Program-made: the position numbers and the translations under genes | The notes under the pieces: generated by a model | The model's database searches: none | What the model saw: only the letters and a program-made list of their open reading frames with translations | What the model was told of the DNA's origin: nothing | In this document: positions 49,746-58,526 of the stretch, piece by piece | Layout: each line of letters starts with the position of its first letter | Position numbering within the stretch: position 1 is the stretch's first letter | Origin: an uncultured Acidimicrobiales bacterium | GTDB taxonomy: Bacteria; Actinomycetota; Acidimicrobiia; Acidimicrobiales; DATKAS01 | Assembly (NCBI GenBank): GCA_963773315.1 | Contig: CAVZAF010000010.1 | Location: 42,151 to 106,150, forward strand | Length of the DNA: 64,000 bases | Direction of reading: 5' to 3'

Positions 49746-50978
49746 ATGCCCCGCAACCTGCCCCGGCACGTCATCGTCGACGGTTCGAACATCGCCACCG
49801 AAGGCCGGTCTCATCCGAGCCTCAAGCAGCTCGATGAGGCGGTGTCGGCCTTCATGGCCGAGAACCCCGACCACACGGTGACCGTCGTGGTCGACGCGAC
49901 TTTCGGGCATCGCATCGACAAGGCCGAGGTCGCGGCGTTCGACGCTGCGATCGACGAGAACGAGCTCGTGTCGCCGCCCGCAGGAGCCATCGGCCGCGGC
50001 GATGCGTTCGTGCTGCAGATCGCCGACAAGGCCGATGCGATGGTGCTGTCGAACGACAGCTTCCAGGAGTTCCACGGCGAGTACGACTGGCTGTTCGACG
50101 AGGGCCGGCTGATGGGCGGCAAGCCGGTCCCGCACATCGGATGGGTGTTCGTGCTCCGCAGCCCGGTCCGAGGTCCCACCAGCCGCCGCGCGCTCCGCTC
50201 CGCGAAGAAGGGCGACGGCGCGCGGCCTGCGAAGAAGCTGGCGGGCCGGCCCTCGGCGGCGGCGTCGGCACCGATGCCCGTCCCGAAGTCACCGCCGCCG
50301 ACGAAGCGCAAGGCGGCCGAAGCTCCCGTGGTCGCGGCCGCGAAGCCGTCCGCGCCTGTCGATCAGAAGCGCAAGGCCGCCGACGCGCTCAATCCGCTGC
50401 TCCCGTTCGTCGAGTTCGTCGCTCACCACCCCATCGGCTCGTCCGTCGAGGCGACGATCGAGTCGTTCTCCTCGCACGGCGCCTACGCGACATCCGAGTC
50501 GGTGCGCTGCTACATCCCGCTTCGGTATCTCGGGAAGCCCGCGCCTCGCAGCGCGCGCGAGGTGCTGACCCTGGGGAACACGATGCCGTTCACCGTGGTC
50601 TCGATCGCCGCAGGTCGTCGCGGCGTCGACCTCGCCATGCCCGGCTTCGAGCCCGATGGAGTGGTGCCCACCGAGGCCATTCCCGCGACCGGGAAGAAGA
50701 CTGCCAAGAAGGCGGCTCCGAAGAAGGCCGCTGCGCCGAAGAAGGCCGCAGCCGCGAAGAAAGCGGCGCCCAAGCCCGAGAAGGTCGAGAGGGTCGAGAA
50801 GGTCGCGGAGAAGGTCGACGACGGATCCGAGAAGGTCGCTCCCTCGAAGAAGGTGGCCGGGAAGAAGGCCCCCGCAGCGAAGAAGACGGCGCCCAAGAAA
50901 GCTGCGACGAAGAAGGTGGCCGCCAAGAAGGTGGCCGCCAAGAAGGTGGCCGCGAAGGCTGCTGCGCCCTCAGCCTGA
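49746..50978 (+). CDS. NYN/PIN-like RNase domain + S1-like domain + Lys/Ala-rich tail protein
   Basis: VIVDGSNIA, VVVDA, GDAFVL, VLSNDSFQEF; S1-like HPIGSSVEATIESFSSHGAY; PKKAA repeats. Confidence 0.8.
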   Translation: MPRNLPRHVIVDGSNIATEGRSHPSLKQLDEAVSAFMAENPDHTVTVVVDATFGHRIDKAEVAAFDAAIDENELVSPPAGAIGRGDAFVLQIADKADAMVLSNDSFQEFHGEYDWLFDEGRLMGGKPVPHIGWVFVLRSPVRGPTSRRALRSAKKGDGARPAKKLAGRPSAAASAPMPVPKSPPPTKRKAAEAPVVAAAKPSAPVDQKRKAADALNPLLPFVEFVAHHPIGSSVEATIESFSSHGAYATSESVRCYIPLRYLGKPAPRSAREVLTLGNTMPFTVVSIAAGRRGVDLAMPGFEPDGVVPTEAIPATGKKTAKKAAPKKAAAPKKAAAAKKAAPKPEKVERVEKVAEKVDDGSEKVAPSKKVAGKKAPAAKKTAPKKAATKKVAAKKVAAKKVAAKAAAPSA

Positions 50979-51587
50979 GGCGGGCCGCGCTGTCAGCCGC
51001 GCGACCCAACGCTCGATCGTCTCGCGGTCCTGCACACCGGGGATCAGGAGGCGGCCATCGAGCAGCCACGCGGGCGTGCCTGTGACACCGACTTCGTGCG
51101 CGGCGTCGATCGACGCGCGCACCTCGTCGGCCCCTTCGCCACGAGCGACCGCGTCGACGACTTCACCGCCGTCGACGCCGACGCGCGACACGACCTCGGC
51201 GAGCACGTCCGGGTCACCGATGTCCTCACCGGTCACGAAGACCGCGTGGAAGAGCGCCGCGTCGAGCGCAGCGAACGCCTCGGGCCGCCGACGGCGCACG
51301 ACCTCGCCCGCGCTGAGCGCGAGCCGCGTGCTCGGGATGTGCTCAGGGGGAGTGAACGGAAGCCCGACCGCCGCGCACTCCGCGCCGATGCGCGCGTGCA
51401 CCTCGGCCAGGCGGCCATTCGGTGAGACGCGACGGCCGACCGGCGCGAGCTCGGGATGGAGGTCGTAGGGCAGAGGAGTGACGGTGACCCCGAGGCTTTC
51501 GAGCAGCGTGGTGCGGTCGCGTCCGAGGTAGCACCACGGGCAGAGGTAGTCGCTCCACACGACTGCCTGTATCGCGCGGGCCTGCAC
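50970..51587 (-). CDS. DsbA/FrnE family oxidoreductase
   Basis: WSDYLCPWCY, GVTGTPAW, IPGVQ. Confidence 0.88.
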   Translation of the reverse strand: MQARAIQAVVWSDYLCPWCYLGRDRTTLLESLGVTVTPLPYDLHPELAPVGRRVSPNGRLAEVHARIGAECAAVGLPFTPPEHIPSTRLALSAGEVVRRRRPEAFAALDAALFHAVFVTGEDIGDPDVLAEVVSRVGVDGGEVVDAVARGEGADEVRASIDAAHEVGVTGTPAWLLDGRLLIPGVQDRETIERWVARLTARPASG

Positions 51588-51626
51588 CGGGACGGAGGCT
51601 ACCGGCGCCCCGGTAGGGTCGAGCCC

Positions 51627-52406
51627 GTGCGCGTGGCGACGTGGAACGTGAACTCCCTGAAGGCGCGGCTGCCTCGGGTCGAGGAGTGGCTCTCGATCGG
51701 TGAGCCCGACGTCCTCTGCATGCAAGAGACCAAGCTCGCCGACTCTGCGTTCCCGGCGATGACGTTCCAGGCGCTGGGGTACGAGGCTGTCCACGTGGGT
51801 GAGGGGCGCTGGAACGGGGTCGCGATCCTCAGCCGCGTCGGCCTCGACGACGTCGTCGCCGGCTTCCACGATGGCGCGCCCGCCGATGCCGAGGCACGTC
51901 TCGTCACCGCCACGTGCGGCGGCGTGCGCGTCACCTCGGTGTACGTGCCGAACGGACGCTCGATCGACCACGAGCAGTACACCTACAAGCTCGAGTGGCT
52001 GGCGCGCCTTCGTGCTCACGTCGCCGCGACCGCAGTCCCCGACGACGACGTCATCGTCTGTGGCGACTTCAACATCGCGCCCCAAGATCGTGACGTGTAC
52101 GACGCGGCGAAGTACATCGACACGACCCACACGAGCCCCGCCGAGCGCGCCGCCCTCGCCGAGATCGAGCAGTGGGGCCTTGTCGACGTCTTCCGCGAGG
52201 TCTACGAAGAGGACCGCCTCTTCTCCTGGTGGGACTACCGGGCCGGCGACTTCCACGAGGGTCGCGGCATGCGCATCGACCTCGTGCTGGCGAGCCAGCC
52301 GATGGCGAAGCGGGTGCGATGGGCGCTCATCGACCGCAACGCCCGCAAGGGCTCCCAACCGTCCGACCACGCTCCCGTGATCGTGGACTTCGACGACCGT
52401 GGCTGA
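51627..52406 (+). CDS. xth: Exodeoxyribonuclease III
   Basis: ATWNVNS, CMQETK, YVPNG, GDFN, WWDYR, RIDL, SDHAP. Confidence 0.95.
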   Translation: MRVATWNVNSLKARLPRVEEWLSIGEPDVLCMQETKLADSAFPAMTFQALGYEAVHVGEGRWNGVAILSRVGLDDVVAGFHDGAPADAEARLVTATCGGVRVTSVYVPNGRSIDHEQYTYKLEWLARLRAHVAATAVPDDDVIVCGDFNIAPQDRDVYDAAKYIDTTHTSPAERAALAEIEQWGLVDVFREVYEEDRLFSWWDYRAGDFHEGRGMRIDLVLASQPMAKRVRWALIDRNARKGSQPSDHAPVIVDFDDRG

Positions 52407-53118
52407 TCTCACCGACCCATCGGCCTTCCACGAGCGCTTCGTCGCGTCCGCCGAGGCGGCAGTCACGCCTCGGCGGGCCGAGCTCCACCGGCTCGCCGAC
52501 GCGCTGCGCGTCGCGATCGAGTGCCTGATGGACACCCAGGCCCCCGAGGAAGCGCTCGCCGACGCGGCCGCGCAGGCCGAGGCGCTCGCAATCTTGTTGC
52601 AGTCGCAACCTCGTGGCCGCACGGTCGAGGGCTGGGCCGAGGTCGCGAACGCCGGCGACACCTTCGGGTTCTTCGACTTCTCGCCGGTCTTCGGTCGCGC
52701 GAACCCGCTCGCCCCTCCTGTGCGCATGGGGGTCGCCGAGGACGAGGTGCGCGGCACCGTGCGGTGGGGCGCCGCGTACGAAGGGCCTCCTGGATGCGTC
52801 CACGGCGGCCACATCGCAGCGGCGTTCGACGAGGTGCTCGGCATGACGCAGTCGCTTTCCGGCGCGCCGGGGATGACCGGCATCCTGACCATCAAGTACC
52901 GCAGCCCCACGCCGCTGCACACCGACCTCGATTTCGCGGCGCGAGTCAGCCGGGTCGACGGGCGCAAGATCTACACCGAGGGCACGTTGAGGAACGGTGA
53001 CCTCGTGTGCGCGGAGGGCGAGGCGCTGTTCATCTCGGTCGATTTCGCGAAGTTCGAGGCGATGCGCGCGCAGGTGAACCGTGACACAGCAGATCCCGAC
53101 ACGGCGACCGGCGGCTAG
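52399..53118 (+). CDS. PaaI family thioesterase
   Basis: YEGPPGCVHGG, FDEVLG, MTGILTIKYRSPTP. Confidence 0.9.
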   Translation: MADLTDPSAFHERFVASAEAAVTPRRAELHRLADALRVAIECLMDTQAPEEALADAAAQAEALAILLQSQPRGRTVEGWAEVANAGDTFGFFDFSPVFGRANPLAPPVRMGVAEDEVRGTVRWGAAYEGPPGCVHGGHIAAAFDEVLGMTQSLSGAPGMTGILTIKYRSPTPLHTDLDFAARVSRVDGRKIYTEGTLRNGDLVCAEGEALFISVDFAKFEAMRAQVNRDTADPDTATGG

Positions 53119-55115
53119 GTGAACGCCGACACGAGGTCGAGCACCTCGTCTCCGTAGCGTTCGAGCTTCACCGGCCCGATGCCCGGAACCGCGCGGAGGG
53201 CGGTCTTCGTGCGAGGGCGGTTCTCGACGATCGCGGCGAGCGTCTTGTCGTCGAAGATCGTGTACGCGGGAGTGTCGGCCGCGCGTGCACGTGTCAGCCG
53301 CCACTCCTTGAGCGCCTTGAAGAGCGGGTCGCTCCCTTCGGTCGGGGCGCGCCGAGCGGCTTCGAGCGTGCGCTTGGCGTTGCGCACCGACGCTCGGTTG
53401 TCACCCTCGGGCAAGCCCGCGCGCAGCTCCTCGCACGTGTCCTCGATCGGCGCCAGCAACGGCGATGGGGAGCGGTTCATCGAGCGCGTGCCGAACGTGC
53501 GTTGCTCGGCCCACATCAAGTGCAGCTCGCGTTCGGCGCGTGTGAGTGCGACGTAGAGCAGGCGCGCCTCTTCTTCGAGCGCCTCGGGCGTCGTCGCCTG
53601 GCCGATAGGCACGAGACCACGCTCGAGGCCGGTCACGATGACGACGGGCCACTCGAGCCCTTTCGCTCGGTGGAACGTGACGAGGTCGACCGCATCGGTG
53701 TCGGCGGCGATGTCATCCGTGCGCATCGTCGCGGCGAGCCAGTCCGCGAAGCCGGTCGTGGTGCCGGCGGGGTCGAGGGCGAGGTACTCGTGACCGAGCC
53801 GCACGAGAGCCTCGAGGTTGCGCCGACGCTCGTCGGTGAGGCCTGTTCCGTCGTCGCCATCGCCGTCGACGTCGTCCGCCTCGCCCACGATTGCCTCGAG
53901 GTCGGCGAGCCGCGGAGCGAGAGGGATCGTGCCGCGGTGGCGGGGGTCGCGCAGCCACGCCCGGACCTCGGGCTGTTCGAGGAGCCTGCCGCCACCACGG
54001 ACCCGGCACGGCACGTTCGCCGCCCGCAGCGCTTCTTCGAGCAGCGCGAGCTGCGCGTTGGTGCGCGCGAGCACGGCGAGGTGGCGCCATCCCATCGTGG
54101 GCCCGCGCCGGTCACGCACGCGCCGCGCTGCGGCGGCGGCCTCGACCACGTCGGTCGGGTAGGACGAGATCGACGGCACGGGCCCGTCGGCCTGAGTCGT
54201 GTGGCGGCCGCGAACGTCGAGGACGCTCGATGCGACACGAACGATCTGCGGGCTCGATCGATAGTTCGTCTCGAGCCGCACGATCGTCGAGCCGGGGTAG
54301 CGCTCGGGAAACTCGGCCAGCACCGCCGACTCGGCTCCGTTCCAGCCGTAGATCGCCTGGTCGGGGTCGCCCACGACGCACAGATCGGGACGGCCCGCGC
54401 GCCACGCCTCGAGCAGGTAGAGCTGTAGAGGGTTGATGTCCTGGAACTCGTCGACGTACAGGTGGCGGAACTTCCAGTGCTGGACCGCGGCGAAGTCGCG
54501 GTCGTCGCGGACCGCGCGAGCACACTGGATGAGCACGTCGTCGAAGTCGATGAGCGCGCGCTTCCGTTCGACGCGCTCGTAGCGCTCGTAGATGGAGGCG
54601 ACGACCGTCGCCGGCAGCGGCGGCCGGCGGCCCACCTCGTCGCACGCGCCCGTGTACGCGGCGGGGTTGATCATCCGTGCCTTGGCCCACTCGATCTCGG
54701 CCGCGATGTCGGCGGGCTGCACGAGCTGGCTGGTGCCGCCCCGCTTGCTGGCTTGGCTGACGAGCGGGGCGAGGATGCCGGCCTTGCGGTCGAGCAGCGA
54801 CGGCGGCGCGACGCCGGCGTCGGCCCATCGCTGCCGGAGCTGTGCGAGCGCGACGGCATGGAAGGTGCCGGCGTGGGCATGGCCCCGCAGGCCGAGCGCG
54901 CCGAGCCGGGCGCCGAGCTCGCTCGCTGCCTTGCGTGTGAACGTGATGACGAGGACGTGGCCGGGATCGGCGGACCCCGTGGAGAGCCGGTGCGCGACGC
55001 GGCGCGTGAGCACTCGGGTCTTGCCGGCGCCGGGCCCGGCGATGATGCAGAGAGGCGCGCCCGCGCTCGTGACCGCGGCGCGCTGCGCGTCGTCGAGGTC
55101 GGCCAGCAGGTCCAT
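53115..55115 (-). CDS. uvrD2: ATP-dependent DNA helicase UvrD2 (with HRDC domain)
   Basis: AGPGAGKT, VDEFQD, VGDPDQAIY, NYRS, TFHRAKGLEW, YVALTRA, HRDC LKEWR...PAYTIF. Confidence 0.92.
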   Translation of the reverse strand: MDLLADLDDAQRAAVTSAGAPLCIIAGPGAGKTRVLTRRVAHRLSTGSADPGHVLVITFTRKAASELGARLGALGLRGHAHAGTFHAVALAQLRQRWADAGVAPPSLLDRKAGILAPLVSQASKRGGTSQLVQPADIAAEIEWAKARMINPAAYTGACDEVGRRPPLPATVVASIYERYERVERKRALIDFDDVLIQCARAVRDDRDFAAVQHWKFRHLYVDEFQDINPLQLYLLEAWRAGRPDLCVVGDPDQAIYGWNGAESAVLAEFPERYPGSTIVRLETNYRSSPQIVRVASSVLDVRGRHTTQADGPVPSISSYPTDVVEAAAAARRVRDRRGPTMGWRHLAVLARTNAQLALLEEALRAANVPCRVRGGGRLLEQPEVRAWLRDPRHRGTIPLAPRLADLEAIVGEADDVDGDGDDGTGLTDERRRNLEALVRLGHEYLALDPAGTTTGFADWLAATMRTDDIAADTDAVDLVTFHRAKGLEWPVVIVTGLERGLVPIGQATTPEALEEEARLLYVALTRAERELHLMWAEQRTFGTRSMNRSPSPLLAPIEDTCEELRAGLPEGDNRASVRNAKRTLEAARRAPTEGSDPLFKALKEWRLTRARAADTPAYTIFDDKTLAAIVENRPRTKTALRAVPGIGPVKLERYGDEVLDLVSAFT

Positions 55116-55164
55116 CGAGGTCACCTTAGGGAGGGGGTGGGGCACTGCCGGTGACCGCCCATAG

Positions 55165-55187
55165 CTATCCCCAGGGCCTGTGGAGAA
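55165..55187. promoter_or_regulatory. Inverted pair of DnaA-box-like 9-mers upstream of uvrD2
   Basis: ctatcccca (55165) and tgtggagaa (55179) versus the TTATCCACA/TGTGGATAA consensus. Confidence 0.45.
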
Positions 55188-55224
55188 CGCCGGTGGGGCA
55201 AGCGCTATGGGCGAAAGCCTGGGC

Positions 55225-55589
55225 AAAACGCGGTTCGACCCCGAGTAGCCTTCGGGCCGAAGCCTTCCGCACTCCTCGGGGCCGCACCCCGTTCCACGCC
55301 TCGTCGCTTCCCTCGCACCTTTCGGCACTCCGGCGCTCCGGGCGCCCCCTGGCCTCCGTGCGTGCCCACTTGCGTGGACCCACCCGGCGGTGGACGGCGC
55401 CTTCGACGTGACTCGTCCCGCAGACCCTCCGCACCACCCCGCCCGTTGGCTCCGATCACTGCGTGGCTTTCACCCCACAGCTCCCGGTTCCCCCGAGCCG
55501 GGCGCTCACTGCTGGGCTCAACACCCTGCCGCGTGCTGCTCGCTGCGGGGCTCAACACCCTGCGGCGTGCGGTGCATTGCGCATCCGGT
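55225..55589 (-). ncRNA. Candidate large structured ncRNA or 5' leader (about 360 nt), family unassigned
   Basis: Non-coding, G/A-rich minus strand, many hairpins with GCAA, GAAA and cUUCGg loops, upstream promoter, terminal stem followed by a short U-run. Confidence 0.55.
55504..55571. repeat. Imperfect 34-bp tandem duplication
   Basis: gctc(a/g)ctgc(t/g)gggctcaacaccctgc(c/g)gcgtgc at 55504 and 55538. Confidence 0.88.
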
Positions 55590-55595
55590 GGCGTC

Positions 55596-55624
55596 ACTTT
55601 GCCGATTCGCAACACAACCGTCAA
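55596..55624 (-). promoter_or_regulatory. Putative sigma70-type promoter (TTGACG-17 bp-CAAAGT)
   Basis: -35 at 55624-55619, 17-nt spacer, imperfect -10 at 55601-55596. Confidence 0.5.
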
Positions 55625-55649
55625 GAGAATTTCGGCAACTTTCGACATC

Positions 55650-55724
55650 TCTGGATAACTTGTGGACACTCCTGTGGAGACACTGTGGATGGGGTGTGGG
55701 TGACGGCCGTCACATTGTGGACAG
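55650..55724. promoter_or_regulatory. Cluster of six co-oriented DnaA-box-like 9-mers
   Basis: tctggataa 55650, tgtggacac 55661, tgtggagac 55673, tgtggatgg 55684, tgtgggtga 55695, tgtggacag 55716. Confidence 0.6.
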
Positions 55725-55806
55725 CGCGTCAGCAACGGCCGCGGGGTCGCGCACCGCCGCGCAGGGCTGGTCCGTCGTCACGAGTCACCCTCGGTAGCGT
55801 CCGGGC

Positions 55807-56151
55807 GTGCTCGTCTCGCCGGAGCGTTTCGAAGAGCTCGTGGCCGAGGCGCTCGACGGCATCCCGCCGGAGCTCGGGGCGCGCATGGACAACGTCGCGG
55901 TGTTCGTCGAGGACCGGCCACGCCAATCCGGCCTCTTGGGTCTCTACCAAGGAGTGCCGTTGACCGCGCGCGATGCCGGGTACGCGGGGATGGTGATGCC
56001 CGATCGGATCACCATCTACCGGCTCCCGATCTGCGCGATCTCCGCGACGGAAGGCGACGTCGTGCACCAGGTGCGCGTGACCGTCGTGCACGAGGTCGCA
56101 CACCACTTCGGGATCGACGACAACCGCTTGTCCGAGCTCGGCTGGGCATAA
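55807..56151 (+). CDS. Zincin-like metallopeptidase family protein
   Basis: LLGLYQGVPL, PDRITIYR, VVHEVAHHFG. Confidence 0.9.
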   Translation: MLVSPERFEELVAEALDGIPPELGARMDNVAVFVEDRPRQSGLLGLYQGVPLTARDAGYAGMVMPDRITIYRLPICAISATEGDVVHQVRVTVVHEVAHHFGIDDNRLSELGWA

Positions 56152-56161
56152 AGTCCGGATC

Positions 56162-56872
56162 GTGGGTTACCCCAAGCAGCTGTTGAACGACGGCGAGGAG
56201 ATCATCCTCGACCTGAAGCCCCATTGGATGTACGTCGTGCCGACGATCATCGTGTGGCTCGGAGCGACGGTCCTGTGCCTGTTGCTGTGGAATGTCAGCG
56301 GTCAAAACTGGATGAGCTGGGTGACCCTCGTCGTGTTCCTCGGCCTCGGTGTCAACGCCGCGGTGCGTTACTCGAAGTGGACGACGACGAGCTTCACGGT
56401 CACCAACGATCGCGTCATCTTCCGGCAAGGGATGCTCGCGAAGTCGGGCGTCGAGATCCCGCTCGAGCGGATCATGAACGTGAACTTCAAGCAGTCGATC
56501 TGGGAGCGCATGATCGGCGCCGGCGATCTGCTGATCGAGTCGGGCGGCAAAGACGGCCAGAGCCGTTTCAGCGACGTCCGCAAGCCCGAGCTCGTCGCGA
56601 AGGAGATCCACGAGCAGGCGAACCAGTACGAGGAGAAGCCCGCTCGACGCGCGGCAGCCGCAGCGGGTGCCGGAGCGGCCGCAGCAGTGAACGCGAACCT
56701 GCCGCCGCCTCCGCCGCCCCCGGCACCGAGCCAGGTGCCCGGCGGCACGGGCGCGCCGGCGTCGGCCGACGCTGCCGAGCAGCTCGAGAAGCTGCACGAC
56801 CTGCTCACCAAGGGTGCGATCACGCAGGCCGAGTACGACTCGAAGAAGGCCGAGCTGCTCAACCGGCTCTAG
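56162..56872 (+). CDS. Bacterial PH-domain membrane protein with C-terminal SHOCT
   Basis: Two TMs, TNDRVIFRQG...EIPLERI...GAGDLLIES, LEKLHDLLTKGAITQAEY. Confidence 0.88.
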   Translation: MGYPKQLLNDGEEIILDLKPHWMYVVPTIIVWLGATVLCLLLWNVSGQNWMSWVTLVVFLGLGVNAAVRYSKWTTTSFTVTNDRVIFRQGMLAKSGVEIPLERIMNVNFKQSIWERMIGAGDLLIESGGKDGQSRFSDVRKPELVAKEIHEQANQYEEKPARRAAAAAGAGAAAAVNANLPPPPPPPAPSQVPGGTGAPASADAAEQLEKLHDLLTKGAITQAEYDSKKAELLNRL

Positions 56873-57540
56873 TGCGGGTCGTCAGCCTCGTCCCTTCCGT
56901 CACCGAGACCTTGCTCGCGTGGGACGTCGTGCCCATCGCGGTGACGCGCTTCTGCGAACATCCCGAGCTGCCCCACGTCGGAGGCACGAAGGACCCGGAC
57001 ATCGAGCAGATCGCGTCGCTGGCGCCCGACCTCGTGGTGGTGAACGACGAGGAGAACCGCAAGGAGGACTTCGACGCGCTCGAGGCGCATGGGCTGCGAG
57101 TGCACGTCGTGCGCGTGACGACCGTCGCTCACGTCGCACCGGAGATGCAGGCGCTCGCAGAGCTGGTCGAGCGCACGTACGAGCCCGTGCCGCTGCCGTC
57201 GCTGGCGTCGATCCAAACGCGAGCGTTCATCCCGATCTGGCGACGACCTTGGATGACCATGAACGGCGACACCTACGGCTCGTCCGTGCTCGCACACCTC
57301 GGCGTCGCGAACGCGTTCGACAGCGCGAGCGAGCGCTATCCCGAAGTCGCTCTCGACACCGTGCCCGAGGTCGACGTCGTCCTCGCGCCGTCCGAGCCTT
57401 ACCCCTTCGGCCCGCGGCACGCCGACGAGCTCGGCGCCATCGCGCCGGTGACGTTCGTCGACGGCAAAGACCTCTTCTGGTGGGGCGTGCGCACGCCGAG
57501 TGCGCTCGAGCGGCTGGGGGCGCTGCTCACTCCTCGGTGA
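56872..57540 (+). CDS. Helical-backbone metal receptor (BtuF-like periplasmic-binding fold)
   Basis: RVVSLVPSVTE, VGGTKDPD, EENR, SEPYPF. Confidence 0.85.
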   Translation: MRVVSLVPSVTETLLAWDVVPIAVTRFCEHPELPHVGGTKDPDIEQIASLAPDLVVVNDEENRKEDFDALEAHGLRVHVVRVTTVAHVAPEMQALAELVERTYEPVPLPSLASIQTRAFIPIWRRPWMTMNGDTYGSSVLAHLGVANAFDSASERYPEVALDTVPEVDVVLAPSEPYPFGPRHADELGAIAPVTFVDGKDLFWWGVRTPSALERLGALLTPR

Positions 57541-58526
57541 CCGTCGCTCCTCCGACCGGCCGCACGACCCACCCTGTGTCTCGCACCGCGCCCCGTTCGG
57601 CCAGTGCGACGACGCAGCCACCGAAGCCCGCCCCGGTCAGGCGGGCACCGAACACTCCCGGCCGCGCCCGGAGGTCGGCAACACAACGGTCGAGTGCAGG
57701 CGTCGACACCTCGTAGTCGTCGCGCAGGCTCGCGTGGCTGTCGTCCATCATGAGCCCGGCATCACGGAACGCACGCGCCCGGATCGCTCTCGAGAACCAA
57801 TCCACTCGCTCGTTCTCGGAGACCACGTGACGAGCGCACGCCCGCACGTGCGGGTCGGCGAGCTCGTAGACAGCCTCGATCTTCGCGTCGCGCAACGGCC
57901 CGATCTGCTCCTCCGCCCGCGCGCACGCCCGCACGCGGTCCGCGTACACCGATGACGCAAGAGACCGATGCTCGCCCGAGTCGACGACGACGATCTCGAT
58001 CTCCTCGGGCAGATGCACCGGGGTGATCGTGAGCGCGGCGACAGTCGATGAGCAGCGCGGCGCCCTCGACTCCACCGGCCGATGCGAGCTGGTCCATGAT
58101 CCCGCACGGCACACCCGAGGCTTGCCGCTCGGCCGACTGGCAGATCCGCGCGATGTCGAGGGGCGACCCTTCGATGCCGAGCGCCCGCGCGACCGCAACT
58201 TCGAGCGCCGCACTCGAAGACAGGCCCGAGCCGATCGGGATGGTCGTCGACACGTCCCCCTCGAACCCGACCGCCGGGCGCATCTCGGCGACGACCCCCG
58301 CGACATACCGTGCCCACTCCGGCTCGACGTGCCACGGCTCCTCGACATCGAGTGGCACCACCGCCGGCTCGTCGGCGTCGGTCGAGCGAAGCACCACCTG
58401 GCCGTTGCGGCGTTCCCCGCGCACCTCGGTCCACCGATCGATCGCCATCGGAAGCACGAGGCCGCCCGTGTAGTCCGTGTGGTCGCCGATCAGGTTCACG
58501 CGTCCCGGAGCGCGAGAGATGATCAC
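57527..58526 (-). CDS. galK: Galactokinase (+1 frameshift near 58038)
   Basis: APGRVNLIGDHTDY, PIGSGLSSSAA, CGIMDQ; C-terminal SHASLRDDYEVS, GARLTGAGFGGC in another frame. Confidence 0.9.

Noticed and set aside
55440-55505. c-di-AMP (ydaO) riboswitch suggested by GGGGGAACC...GGGGTGAA on the minus strand
   Set aside because: The downstream CCCGAACCCGTCAGCTAAC-type conserved block is absent; kept only as part of the unassigned RNA candidate
55150-55740. oriC
   Set aside because: No dnaA, dnaN or rpmH nearby and no clear AT-rich unwinding element; cannot be fully excluded without the whole genome
55165-55963. Several 86-176-aa ORFs in the uvrD2 upstream gap
   Set aside because: No recognisable motifs, atypical codon pattern, and overlap with promoter, box and hairpin features
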